Shown here piece after piece: positions 28,306-38,642 of a stretch of 64,000 nucleotides of DNA; the first letter of the stretch is position 1, and every line of letters begins with the position of its first letter. The position numbers and the translations under genes were made by a program. This DNA comes from Spirochaetales bacterium (GTDB lineage Bacteria > Spirochaetota > Spirochaetia > SZUA-6 > JAFGRV01), in the NCBI GenBank assembly GCA_016935735.1, contig JAFGQK010000119.1, positions 254 to 64,253 on the forward strand, written 5' to 3'. The notes beneath the pieces were generated by a model. The model had not been told where the DNA came from and ran no database searches. It saw only the letters and a program-made list of their open reading frames with translations.

Positions 28306-29344
28306 CCTTTTCTTTCTTTTTCACCCCAGGGTTATCCGGAATATCCATGCCTGGTGAACCTAAAACACATATTTCATTCCCGCCCTTCATCCATATAAGA
28401 TTCATAAGGTTGTATGTGTCGGTAAGTACTTTTTTCCAGTTTTGCTTTGTATGCCGGCAGATTCCTATAGCGATGGTAGCGGTAAGACGGAACACCTGCT
28501 TCTTTTCCGGGTCTGCTTTTTCCCCTGCTGTATATATTCGTCCCGGTCCGATACTTAAAAAAAGTACTGCAAGTGACCGGGCGATTTCCAGGGCCATTTT
28601 TGTTTTTGTCCGGTTAAGAATAAGAACCACTTCATTTCCCCTTAACCGGACCGCCCATCCGGTATCTTCTTCCCGTATTTTATTCTGAATTGCAGAAGCA
28701 ATTCTCACAAGAACAGCATCACCTGCTTTATGCCCGAAGATATCATTCAGTTGTTTGAACCTGTCCGGTTTTATGACAATAAATGCCACAGGGGTGGCAA
28801 GAAGCCGTGAAATTTCCCTTTCAAGGTAGAGTTTTGTAAATAAGCCTGTAAGCTGGTCTGTATAAAGCTGTTCCTGAAGGTACTTTATCCATGTTGTATT
28901 CTCTGCAATAAGAGTATGAACAGCTCTTAACCTGCTTGATAGAATAAAAAGGGAATGAAAATACAACCGGGCCATGATATCCGGTTTTTCATTTGTCAGG
29001 CTGTCGAATGTATGGGGAAACGCCGGGAACAGTATGAGTGAACTTTTTTTTAAGGCACACGCTTCAACATCGTAAAGAGAATTGGTAATAAAATCGAATT
29101 CCCCAAAACTGTCTCCTGTTACATAGCGTGCTAGATCCATCTTTTTATTATCGTCTACAACCTGTGTGACACCGATTTCGCCGGATTTTACAATATAGAA
29201 ATGAATAGCCGCGCCGCCCCGGTGAAATACAACCTCTCCCTGATGGAATATCTTCTCTACGACACGTGTTTTAATATAATCCAGATCTTCATCCATTAGT
29301 GCGGAAAATAGTGATGCTTTTTTCAGCAATTGTATTTCTACCAT
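28289..29344 (-). CDS. cNMP-binding domain + degenerate GGDEF (RGNEV)
   Basis: 'VVFHRGGAAIHFYIVKSG...GDSFGE'; 'DQLTGLF', 'DRFKQLNDIFGHKAGD', 'VRLRGNEV'. Confidence 0.88.
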   Translation of the reverse strand: MVEIQLLKKASLFSALMDEDLDYIKTRVVEKIFHQGEVVFHRGGAAIHFYIVKSGEIGVTQVVDDNKKMDLARYVTGDSFGEFDFITNSLYDVEACALKKSSLILFPAFPHTFDSLTNEKPDIMARLYFHSLFILSSRLRAVHTLIAENTTWIKYLQEQLYTDQLTGLFTKLYLEREISRLLATPVAFIVIKPDRFKQLNDIFGHKAGDAVLVRIASAIQNKIREEDTGWAVRLRGNEVVLILNRTKTKMALEIARSLAVLFLSIGPGRIYTAGEKADPEKKQVFRLTATIAIGICRHTKQNWKKVLTDTYNLMNLIWMKGGNEICVLGSPGMDIPDNPGVKKKEKDKDHL

Positions 29345-29571
29345 TTTTCACGCATCCTTGCTATCATTTTATAAAAGTATGCCAGATTCTTTCCATCTTA
29401 TCAATGATATTTTTTGCATTAATAACAATTTCCAGCTATTAAAACAGTGTATACATTCTCCTTTCTGCTTTTTTTTAGTACATTGGCGAGATAAAGTGTG
29501 TTTGTTTACAATCATCACAAACCGGGGGACCGGCAATATGCATATTCTATCCATGACACAGGACCGGGTGA

Positions 29572-30936
29572 ATGAAAGGTTTTTTTGCATCTATCGAAAA
29601 TAAGGATATTCAACAGGCACTTATATTTTCCATTTTTGATGGTGTTCTCTGGGCACTCATGTTCGGATTTGCAGAAAACTACCTTATACCCTTTGCCCTT
29701 TTTTTTAATGCAACTGCTTTTCAGATCAGTTTTATGCAGGGAACCATGCAATTCGGTATCTCCATAGCCCAGCTTATTGGCGCACCTTTTATCCAGAAGT
29801 TCAAGAAAAGAAAAGCACTCTCAATTACCTGCAATATATTCCATGCTTCATCTTTTCTTGCCATCCTTTTTGGAGGAATCTTCACAAAAAATCCCTGGGT
29901 TATTCTTATCTCTTTTATGTTTGGTGCCTTTGCCAACAGTATCGCCGGCCCGGGCTGGATATCCTGGATGAATGATATTGTTCCTCCCGACAAACGCGGC
30001 AGATTCTGGGGATACAGGAATAGAATAATAAATTTTGCCCAGTTCACTGCAATTACCCTTGCCGGTATTCTTCTTTACCTGGCAGAAATCAAAAAAAATG
30101 AAATACTCATTTATATAATTCTTTTTACCATAGCCAGTATGGCACGTTTTTCATCTATTGTCCCCCTTTCAAAACAATATGAGCCGGATATGGTTGTACC
30201 TTCCGGCAGGACAGACTTTAAGTTCCGGATATTTCTTTCACGTCTTTTATTCTCAAACTTCGGAAGGTTTACTCTTTTCTCTTTTATCCTCACCTTTGCA
30301 GTCAATATTATGGCACCCATTATCCCGGTGTTTCTCATACAATCTCTTCACTTCAATTACATTCAGTACATGATTATTATGATGTCTTCCATGGTATCGT
30401 CATTCATCGCCGTGAGTTACTGGGGTCCACTGGCAGACAGGTACGGAAATTACAGAATATTGATAGTGACAGCACTGTCCATTCCCGTTATCGCCTTTGG
30501 CTGGGTGTTTTTCAAGAATTTTTACCTGCTTGTGATCTGGCAGCTTTTTTCCGGTTTTATCTGGTCCGGTTTTAACCTTTCCAATCTTAACTATATATTC
30601 GACAGTATAAGACCCGAGAATGTACCGAAAATTTCTGCTTATTTTCAATCCCTGAATAACCTCTGTGCATTTACCGGGTCCATGGTTGGGGGGCTCCTTT
30701 CCACGGTGACCGGACACTTTTCCATCGGTTTTTTTGCAGCAAACAATTATGAAATCATTTTTCTTATTTCCGGTGTTGTGCGATTGTTATGCATCATTAT
30801 CCTGGCAAAGCGTTTTGTTGAAGTAAGGAAGGTTGCACAATCCCCGGGAATAAGGTATTTTTATATCTATCAGCCTATGTTTAATATCATCAACAGGTTT
30901 ATGTTGATATTTAACCGTATAAGGGGAAAGAAGTAA
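29572..30936 (+). CDS. MFS transporter
   Basis: About 12 TMs; 'WMNDIVPPDKRGRFWG', 'WGPLADRYGN' MFS loop motifs. Confidence 0.9.
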   Translation: MKGFFASIENKDIQQALIFSIFDGVLWALMFGFAENYLIPFALFFNATAFQISFMQGTMQFGISIAQLIGAPFIQKFKKRKALSITCNIFHASSFLAILFGGIFTKNPWVILISFMFGAFANSIAGPGWISWMNDIVPPDKRGRFWGYRNRIINFAQFTAITLAGILLYLAEIKKNEILIYIILFTIASMARFSSIVPLSKQYEPDMVVPSGRTDFKFRIFLSRLLFSNFGRFTLFSFILTFAVNIMAPIIPVFLIQSLHFNYIQYMIIMMSSMVSSFIAVSYWGPLADRYGNYRILIVTALSIPVIAFGWVFFKNFYLLVIWQLFSGFIWSGFNLSNLNYIFDSIRPENVPKISAYFQSLNNLCAFTGSMVGGLLSTVTGHFSIGFFAANNYEIIFLISGVVRLLCIIILAKRFVEVRKVAQSPGIRYFYIYQPMFNIINRFMLIFNRIRGKK

Positions 30937-30965
30937 AAGACCACCTGCGGAGCAGGTGGCTTTTT
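30937..30965 (+). terminator. Rho-independent terminator after the MFS gene
   Basis: CCACCTGC-GGA-GCAGGTGG followed by CTTTTT. Confidence 0.7.
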
Positions 30966-31053
30966 CTAAATTAAAAGAATATAAAAGGCATAGCCTTTAT
31001 AATCAATATAATTAAGGAGGAAATAGACTCCCTCCAAAGGAGGTGGTTTACTT

Positions 31054-32061
31054 TTGATAATGAAAGAAAAGAAAAAAGCAATCTGTATTATTTTTTTGAA
31101 TTTTATTGTCAGTTATTACGGGTCAGGTGATGTGAGTAAGGTTTTTATTCTTGCAGGTCAATCAAATATGGTGGGGACAGGAAACATTATGGACCTGCCG
31201 GAAGACCTGAAAGCGGCACAGCCGGATGTATTGATCTATACTGCCGGAACCGCGGAGTACGGGTGGACCACGCTCCAGCCGGGGGTTGGGGCATCGACAG
31301 GTTCATTCGGCCCGGAAGTGACATTCGGCCGGGATATTTCCCGGGCATTTCCAGGGGAAACAATCGGATTAATAAAAATCGCATGGACCGGGACCAGTCT
31401 TGCTTATGACTGGCGTCCTCCAGGTGCCGGGGACACACCGGGAAGACTCTACACGGAGTTTGTTGATAATGTATGGAATGCCCTGAATACCCTCCCCGGT
31501 GGAGCGGGTGCGGTAATTATGGGGATGTGCTGGATGCAGGGTGAATCAGATGCATGTAATATCTACCCGGCGAGTGAATATGAGACGAATCTGACCTGTT
31601 TTATTAACGACATAAGGGACGAGTTCAATATTCCGAACATGCCTTTTGTCATTGCAATGATCGAAAGAACATCTGTATGGCAGGAATATGAAGTGGTACG
31701 TGCAGCCCAGGCTGCTGTTGCACAAAGCCTCCCGTATGTCGGTATTTTTGACTGCGATGGATTTCCCTCGGACGGATCCCATTATAAATCGGAAGGGCTC
31801 ATACTCATGGGTGAAGCCTTTGCTTCGGCCATGATTCCCCTCCTTTCCGGGGCAACAGTCCCGCCGGTGAACCTGGGAGATGTAAATAATGACGGGAATA
31901 TCGATATTATCGATGCCCTCCTGGTTGCGCAGTACTATGTTGGCCTGAATCCCCGGGGCTTTGTTGCATCGAACGCGGATGTTGACAGGGATGGATCCAT
32001 CACCATTGTCGATGCACTCCTTATTGCACAGTATTATGTGGGGTTAATTGGGGGATTTTAA
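31054..32061 (+). CDS. Secreted SASA/CE6-like acetyl esterase with C-terminal dockerin
   Basis: 'FILAGQSNMVG', 'FGPE', 'WMQGESD', 'DGSHY'; dockerin 'GDVNNDGNIDIIDALLVAQYYVG...DVDRDGSITIVDALLIAQYYVG'. Confidence 0.9.
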   Translation: MIMKEKKKAICIIFLNFIVSYYGSGDVSKVFILAGQSNMVGTGNIMDLPEDLKAAQPDVLIYTAGTAEYGWTTLQPGVGASTGSFGPEVTFGRDISRAFPGETIGLIKIAWTGTSLAYDWRPPGAGDTPGRLYTEFVDNVWNALNTLPGGAGAVIMGMCWMQGESDACNIYPASEYETNLTCFINDIRDEFNIPNMPFVIAMIERTSVWQEYEVVRAAQAAVAQSLPYVGIFDCDGFPSDGSHYKSEGLILMGEAFASAMIPLLSGATVPPVNLGDVNNDGNIDIIDALLVAQYYVGLNPRGFVASNADVDRDGSITIVDALLIAQYYVGLIGGF

Positions 32062-32205
32062 CAAGTTATCCGGTAAAACGCTGCAATTAAAAAATAGCCA
32101 TAAAAACCGCTTGATTCCTTACTCAACATCTATTTATATTTAAACAACATTATCACCGGGGTAAGGGTAATAAAAGTGTAATTCAGTCAATAGACAAGGA
32201 TAGGG

Positions 32206-33582
32206 ATGAAGGAAAAAAATGATAACATACCGGAACACCAGACAAAAGGAGTGCAAATACTTTTAGGTAATCCTAAAAAAGCGATTATTAAGCTTTCGAT
32301 CCCGATGATTATCGCCATGTCTGCAAATACCCTCTACAATCTTGCAGATGCGATCTGGGTTTCCGGTATAGGGGCGGATGCCCTTTCTGCTGTAGGTTTC
32401 TTTTTTCCCTTTTTTATGTTTCTTATGGCACTCGCTACCGGGTTAGGAATCGGCGGGGGGGCTGCAATATCCCAGCATATCGGGACAAAAGACAGGGAAG
32501 GCGCAAATTCCGTTGCCATGCATACTATTGTCCTCATGGTCATTATCACGGTTATTTTAATGGTTCCCTTTCTTTTATTCACCAGGCCTCTTTTCGAGAT
32601 TATGGGGGCAAAAGATGCGCTTGATCTGACAATATCATATGCACAAATCGTATTCGGGGGCACATTTTTCGTATTGTTTGCCCAGGTGAGTTATGCTCTT
32701 TTACGGAGTGAAGGGGATGCAAATCGTGCCATGTTTGCAATGCTTATCGGTGCGGGCCTGAACATTATCCTTGATCCCCTGTTCATCTATGTTTTTAACC
32801 TTGGTGTTCCGGGTGCGGCATATGCAACGATTCTTTCCATGGGAATTTCTTCTGCACTCCTTTTCTACTGGCTTTTCATTCAAAAAAAGACATATATATC
32901 GTTTCATTTTAAAGGATTTCATTTTGATACCGCTATCCTTTGGGATATCTTTAAGGTGGGGATTCCCGCATCACTTGCCCAGGTATCAATGTCACTGATG
33001 ATGGGTATCATTACATTCCTTATTTCTATAATAAGTGGTGACAGGGGGGTGGCTGTTTTTACCACTGGCTGGCGGGTGGTGATGATCGCGATTCTCCCGC
33101 TTCTTGGCATTGCCACGGCTGTTACCTCCGTATCCGGTGCAACATTCGGGGCCAGGGAATTCGAAAAACTTGATACAGGACATTCTTATGCTGTTAAAAT
33201 GGGTACTGTTATTGAAATCTGCATAGCCATTTTTACGTTTCTTTTTGCCCCTCTTATTACCAGGGTCTTTACCTGGTCACCCGGAACAGCAGGATTGACC
33301 GATGATATTATTATCTTGCTGCGGCATACCAGCATTTACTACCCTGCTGTCGCCGGCGGGATGCTTTCTTCTGCAATGTTCCAGGGAACCGGAAAAGGGA
33401 CGGCTTCCCTGGTGATAACAATTCTGAGAACACTTGTTCTGACTGTTCCCTGTGCAGCATTATTTGCCATTATTTTTGAATGGGGTATGGAGGGAGTCTA
33501 CATGGGGCTGATAATTGCATCCTGGGGGTCCAGTTTCTTTGCTTTCATCTGGGCACGGCTTTATATTAAAAACCTTAAGTAA
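32206..33582 (+). CDS. MATE family efflux transporter
   Basis: 'KLSIPMIIAM...YNLADAIWV', 'LRSEGD', 'NIILDPLFIY..LGVPGAAYAT'. Confidence 0.93.
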   Translation: MKEKNDNIPEHQTKGVQILLGNPKKAIIKLSIPMIIAMSANTLYNLADAIWVSGIGADALSAVGFFFPFFMFLMALATGLGIGGGAAISQHIGTKDREGANSVAMHTIVLMVIITVILMVPFLLFTRPLFEIMGAKDALDLTISYAQIVFGGTFFVLFAQVSYALLRSEGDANRAMFAMLIGAGLNIILDPLFIYVFNLGVPGAAYATILSMGISSALLFYWLFIQKKTYISFHFKGFHFDTAILWDIFKVGIPASLAQVSMSLMMGIITFLISIISGDRGVAVFTTGWRVVMIAILPLLGIATAVTSVSGATFGAREFEKLDTGHSYAVKMGTVIEICIAIFTFLFAPLITRVFTWSPGTAGLTDDIIILLRHTSIYYPAVAGGMLSSAMFQGTGKGTASLVITILRTLVLTVPCAALFAIIFEWGMEGVYMGLIIASWGSSFFAFIWARLYIKNLK

Positions 33583-33668
33583 AAGCATGGCAATCATATT
33601 GAAAATGGAATTGAGGTTTAACTCTTGAATATTACCTTTGCAGTTTGGCAAGCTGATCTTCCGGATTC

Positions 33669-33701
33669 AAGACCGGCCATTAAAAAATAGCCGGTCTTTT
33701 T
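33669..33701. terminator. Terminator between convergent MATE and SBP genes
   Basis: AAGACCGGC-N12-GCCGGTCTT followed by a T-run. Confidence 0.65.
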
Positions 33702-33774
33702 ATTTCATACAGTTCGTGGTAATTTATGAAGATTGCTAATCCCGTTTACCGTGGTTATGCATTATAGATGAAAC

Positions 33775-34797
33775 TTATTGAATTATTTGATTCGCCCTCT
33801 TCAGTAAACCTTCGGGTACTTGTAATCCCAATTCTTTTGCCACTTTTGAATTAATATAAAGGTCCTGCTCCGGGGTGACCACAGGAATTGTGCCTGCATT
33901 TGTTCCTTTGAGTATTTTATCGGCTAATGGTGCTGCAAGTTCCCCTACTGTAACAAGATTTTCAGAATTACCGAAAAGAGCCCCTTGTTGTACTGTATAG
34001 AGAAAGCTTCCGCCAAGAGGTATTTTATGGTCCATGGCAAATTTATTAATCAGGCCAAAACCTGCCGGAGTGTGATTGAAACCATCAGGCATAAGGATAA
34101 TTGCATCTATAACAGGTTCACTTTTTTTAGCACGTACTCCGAGATCCTCCTTAAGTTCATCCAAAACTGTTCCGGGAGCTTCCACCAGGGCAACCCCCAG
34201 TGCTGCTGCTGTCGGTCGTAAAGTGTCGAGTACGAACATATTATTGGGGTTATTTTTATCATACCCTATCCATACCGTCTTTACCTGTGGTGCAATCGAC
34301 AATAATATTTCTAATCGTTTACTTGTCGTATCGGGCCCGGGATACCGTACCCCGGTAACATTTCCGCCCGGTTTCTGGACATTTTTTACCAATTTCTTAT
34401 CCTCTATACCTACATAGGCGAAAAGCAACGGGATATCTGTTCCCTGGATAGCCGCATAAGCTACCATTGTCGCCGGGGTGGGAAATGAAAAAATCAAATT
34501 AACCTTATCATCTATAAATTTTTTTGTAATACGTTGTTCTTCGGCTGTATCACCATTTGCATTCTGTTCATCATAAACAATATTTTTCCCCTCTATGTAG
34601 CCCAAATCAGTCATTTTGGTTTTAAAACCTTTGAGTACATCAACAAAAGACCCACCATCATGTACTATTCCTACCCTGTATATCTCCGGCTTCCTGGAGC
34701 TATAACAAGAGACCATAAGAACGGCAAATCCGAAAATAAAAATACATACTATTCCTGCCATACTTATTCTGTTTCTTAAATTTCTTTTTCTAAACAT
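33775..34797 (-). CDS. ABC-type substrate-binding lipoprotein (ABC_sub_bind family)
   Basis: Lipobox 'LMVS-C'; 'GYIEGKNI', 'KPGGNVTGV', 'KILKGTNAGTIPV', 'INSKVAKELGLQVP'. Confidence 0.9.
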   Translation of the reverse strand: MFRKRNLRNRISMAGIVCIFIFGFAVLMVSCYSSRKPEIYRVGIVHDGGSFVDVLKGFKTKMTDLGYIEGKNIVYDEQNANGDTAEEQRITKKFIDDKVNLIFSFPTPATMVAYAAIQGTDIPLLFAYVGIEDKKLVKNVQKPGGNVTGVRYPGPDTTSKRLEILLSIAPQVKTVWIGYDKNNPNNMFVLDTLRPTAAALGVALVEAPGTVLDELKEDLGVRAKKSEPVIDAIILMPDGFNHTPAGFGLINKFAMDHKIPLGGSFLYTVQQGALFGNSENLVTVGELAAPLADKILKGTNAGTIPVVTPEQDLYINSKVAKELGLQVPEGLLKRANQIIQ

Positions 34798-35019
34798 AAT
34801 ACCTATTCCTCCTCTTTGAGATATTCTCTATCATACTATAAAGCATAAAAAAAAATAATATTTATTCAAGAGTCATATTTTAAAGAAATCGTTTGAATTT
34901 TTATTGCGGGTTTACTATAATTTATCATAAAGCAATTCACCGTTAATGAATGGAAAAACGACCATATAAATTATTATGAGGAGTGATATTATTTCTTTGT
35001 TAAGAAAAGGAATTGCGTA

Positions 35020-37026
35020 ATGATAAAAAAAACCAGGAAAGAACATTCATCTCCAACTCTTGTAATGATACTGGCAGTATCCTTTTTCTCCTTAAGTGTG
35101 TTAATCCTGCTTATATCCGGAGGAATCCAGTTAATGGTCTATTCACGATCCCAGCGTGAATCCATAGCTGGTAAACTCAAAACAAACGCTATTGAAGCCT
35201 CGAATGTTGTTAGTAATTTTATCAAGGAGAAAGTAGGTGTTTTTAAGGCAGTCTCAAGTTCCATTAATCTTCGCGGAATCCCGGAAAAGGCAGGGGAACA
35301 GATACTTGAAGGAGTTCTGGGGCTTCATCCGGAAATCAGGCATATCATTTTCATTACGCCGGAAGGCTCGATACGGTCCAGTGCTTCCCGGCTTTCCCAT
35401 TCTATGATGATGGAGTTTTATTCCGGGATTACCGATGAATATCAGAAAATAAAAAAAGAATTGGTCTATATAAGTGCTGTATATATAGATTCTGTAACAA
35501 GTGAGCCGGAAATGTTTATCGGGGTTCACGATACAACCTTATCGGGTGAAATACGTGGAAGCCTTGTGGTTGAGATAAACCTTAAATTCATGTGGGATCT
35601 CATGAGCGGTATTAAAGTCGGAAGGACAGGGTATGCTTTTGTTGTGGACAAACAGGGAACTCTGATTGCGTTCAGAGACCCGTCCCGTGTTCTTAGGGGA
35701 GAATCAATAGCCAATCTGAACCCGGTTCGACAATTTATTGAAAACTCGGACATAGGCAGTATTGGGAGCAGCACGTACAGTGGAATTATGGACAAAGAGG
35801 TTCTTGGCCTTTACATCCCGCTTATTACCCCTGATTGGGCAGTTGTAGCGGAGATGCCGTTGAATGAGGCAAATGAGGAAATAACGGCAAACATATTCAT
35901 CGTTGTCGCCATTACAATTGGTATTGCTCTTTTCGCCGGATTCATTGGGATGTTTCTCGCGCGGAAGATTGCAATTCCTCTTGTTAACCTTACAAAAACT
36001 GCCGTTAGAATTACGGAAGGAGATACCAAACTTATTGCAACGATAGAAGGTTCGAAAGAAGTAGTCCGGCTTGCAAAGGCATTTAATAGTATGACAGCAG
36101 AACTAAGAAATAAAGCAGAGGGGTTTAAGAGGGTTAATGATATTCTTTCCGAGGTCATTTTAAAAGCAAAGGAAATGATTTCCAATCTTAATTCTGCATC
36201 AAAAGAAATTGAGGCCGCTTCCCAGGAACAAACAACCGGGGCCAATCAACAGGCAAGCGGCATTACAGAAGTGAATGCAACACTCCAGGAACTCACTATT
36301 AATGCAAAACAGATCACTACTAATGTCAGTGAACTCGTCTACTCGAGTGAAGAGGTAATAAAGCTTCTTAAGGAAAGTGAAAAACGGTTACTCGAGTCGG
36401 TAACCCAGCTTGAAGATGCAGGGATGATTTCAAAAGCCAATACAACACAGATACAGGAACTCGGTAAACGTTCCGTTATTATCAACGAGATGGTTGAACT
36501 TATCAAAGATGTGGCAAACAAGACAAATATTCTTTCTATCAATGCTGCAATTGAGGCATCGAGAAGCGGAGAGGTAAGCGTTGGCTTTTCTGTCGTGGCC
36601 GCAGAAATCAGGGAACTTTCCAGGGAAACGATATTATCGGCAAAAAAAGCAGAGGTAGCGGCAAGGGAAATCAGGGAATTCCTTGATTCAATCATTATGT
36701 CTTCTGAAGATGAATCAACAAAAGTTGTGAAAAGCAGTGTAGCCGGCAAGGATATTTTTAACAATATAGGGACGATTGTTGCGAAAATTAATAATAATTA
36801 TTCTTTCACACAGAAAATCGATGTCTCAATAAAGCAACAGGAAAATAGTTCGATCCAGGCTGCTGAAACGATGCGTCAGATGGCGGAAATAGCACGGCAA
36901 TCCGCAGAGACAGCACGGCAAACGTTTGAAGCAGCGAAGAATATCGTTTTTTTAGGAGAGGAACTTAACAGTATAGTAACAAAGTTCGACACTGGAGAAA
37001 GTGGGATAGAGTACCAGGGTGAATAA
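35020..37026 (+). CDS. Methyl-accepting chemotaxis protein with dCache sensor
   Basis: TM-dCache ('KVGRTGYAFVVDKQGTLIA', 'DWAVVAEMP')-TM-HAMP; tip 'KTNILSINAAIEASRSGEVSVGFSVVAAEIRELS'. Confidence 0.93.
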   Translation: MIKKTRKEHSSPTLVMILAVSFFSLSVLILLISGGIQLMVYSRSQRESIAGKLKTNAIEASNVVSNFIKEKVGVFKAVSSSINLRGIPEKAGEQILEGVLGLHPEIRHIIFITPEGSIRSSASRLSHSMMMEFYSGITDEYQKIKKELVYISAVYIDSVTSEPEMFIGVHDTTLSGEIRGSLVVEINLKFMWDLMSGIKVGRTGYAFVVDKQGTLIAFRDPSRVLRGESIANLNPVRQFIENSDIGSIGSSTYSGIMDKEVLGLYIPLITPDWAVVAEMPLNEANEEITANIFIVVAITIGIALFAGFIGMFLARKIAIPLVNLTKTAVRITEGDTKLIATIEGSKEVVRLAKAFNSMTAELRNKAEGFKRVNDILSEVILKAKEMISNLNSASKEIEAASQEQTTGANQQASGITEVNATLQELTINAKQITTNVSELVYSSEEVIKLLKESEKRLLESVTQLEDAGMISKANTTQIQELGKRSVIINEMVELIKDVANKTNILSINAAIEASRSGEVSVGFSVVAAEIRELSRETILSAKKAEVAAREIREFLDSIIMSSEDESTKVVKSSVAGKDIFNNIGTIVAKINNNYSFTQKIDVSIKQQENSSIQAAETMRQMAEIARQSAETARQTFEAAKNIVFLGEELNSIVTKFDTGESGIEYQGE

Positions 37027-37225
37027 GTTTCCCTCTTAAAATCACATAGTGGTTGATTATGTTATCCCGTGGAGTAAATTACTTTATTTTTAAGGTATAA
37101 TTCTTTATTAAGAATCATAAAAAGAAGTAAGATCATCAACATTTTTCGTTTAGGTACTGGTAAAAAAAGCAAATCCAGTTATAATAACAACTCAAGCAGA
37201 AATCTATAGAGAGAAAAAGGATGAT

Positions 37226-38074
37226 ATGAAGGAATATGCGTACCTTACCAGATTCATGAAAAGTATTAAAGCAGGAAAACAGCATACTGCATTTATTACA
37301 GGAGCATCAAGCGGACTTGGAGATGCTTATGCCAATGCCCTGGCTCAATCCGGTTTTGATCTCATTATAACTGCTCGTAGAAAAGAAAAGCTGGAAGAAT
37401 GCAAGAAAGTACTTGAAAAAAAGCATTCTGTTTCAGTGGTAACAATCCAGGCAGATTTAAGTAAACAGGATGATATTGGCAGACTTGAAAACGAAATTGA
37501 AAAAAGCCGTAACCTCTGCATGCTCATAAATAATGCAGGGTTTGGTGCAATGGATTATTTTGCTGCCAGTCCTTTAAGCAAGGTTCTTGATATGCTTCAT
37601 GTCCATGTTACTGCCACTACCCGGCTCTGCAGGGCTGCTGTACCGGTCATGAAGAAAAACGGAACGGGATATATCATTAATGTCTCCTCTCTTATGGCGT
37701 TTATGCCTCTTGCAGGACAGGTGATGTACAGTGCGACAAAATCTTATATTGTCCATTTTTCAGAAGCATTACAGCAGGAATTACAGAAATCCTCTATTAA
37801 GGTTCAGGCCCTGTGTCCCGGTTTTATTGCAACGAACTTTCTTAAATCCCCGGAATATAGTGAATCGGACAGCGAGGCTTTACGTATGGATTCCATTACA
37901 ATGAAACCGGAAAAAGTCGTAGAGGAATCCTTACTTGCATTGAAAAAAAGGAAGGTTATTTTTATACCCGGTATGAAAAATCGTCTATTGTACCATATCC
38001 TCTATAACCGGCCCGGCCTCTGGCTCATAAAAAAAATCGCAGGCAGGATGATGTCATCGATCAAACAGGAATAA
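37226..38074 (+). CDS. Short-chain dehydrogenase/reductase
   Basis: 'TGASSGLG', 'NNAG', 'YSATK', 'LCPG'. Confidence 0.95.
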   Translation: MKEYAYLTRFMKSIKAGKQHTAFITGASSGLGDAYANALAQSGFDLIITARRKEKLEECKKVLEKKHSVSVVTIQADLSKQDDIGRLENEIEKSRNLCMLINNAGFGAMDYFAASPLSKVLDMLHVHVTATTRLCRAAVPVMKKNGTGYIINVSSLMAFMPLAGQVMYSATKSYIVHFSEALQQELQKSSIKVQALCPGFIATNFLKSPEYSESDSEALRMDSITMKPEKVVEESLLALKKRKVIFIPGMKNRLLYHILYNRPGLWLIKKIAGRMMSSIKQE

Positions 38075-38094
38075 CCCTGTCCCCTGTCCTGCTT

Positions 38095-38628
38095 TTGCAT
38101 GGAGATCATGAAGTGGTCACTATTGAATTATTAAAAGAAACGGATATAAACACTATTCTTGAATGGAATAAAAACAGATCTGTGGATTTTCTTTTACAGT
38201 GGGCGGGAAATGGATATTCATTCCCATTAACAGAAGAACAGATTCTCACTAAAATAGTACATAAGGGGGAAATTAACGATACGCATAATATTATTTTTAA
38301 AATAAAAGAAGTAAGTGGAAATATGATCGGTACCGTGGAATTATCAAAAATAAACAGGAAAAAGAAGCAGGCATGGGTATCCCGGTTTTTGATTGGGGAT
38401 GAAAGGAATAGGAACAGGGGATACGGGTCAGAAGCCCTGAGAGAAGTTATCTGTTTTGCTTATGATAAACTGGATGTGGAAGACTTGTTTTTACGGGTAT
38501 TTGATTTTAATGTGAATGCAATAAAATGCTATGAAAAAGCAGGGTTTAAAAGAATAGAAACAGTTGAAAAAGTCCGGAAAACAGCCGGTGGATTCTGGAA
38601 TGTGTATGTAATGGAACGGAAAATGTAA
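38095..38628 (+). CDS. GNAT acetyltransferase (RimL/SpeG-like)
   Basis: 'RNRGYGSEAL', 'LRVFDFNVNAIKCYEKAGF'. Confidence 0.9.
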   Translation: MHGDHEVVTIELLKETDINTILEWNKNRSVDFLLQWAGNGYSFPLTEEQILTKIVHKGEINDTHNIIFKIKEVSGNMIGTVELSKINRKKKQAWVSRFLIGDERNRNRGYGSEALREVICFAYDKLDVEDLFLRVFDFNVNAIKCYEKAGFKRIETVEKVRKTAGGFWNVYVMERKM

Positions 38629-38642
38629 GGAGGCATATAATA

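Noticed and set aside
32206-33582. MATE N-terminus resembles archaeal (methanogen-type) MATEs, suggesting horizontal transfer
   Set aside because: Impression only; requires a phylogeny.
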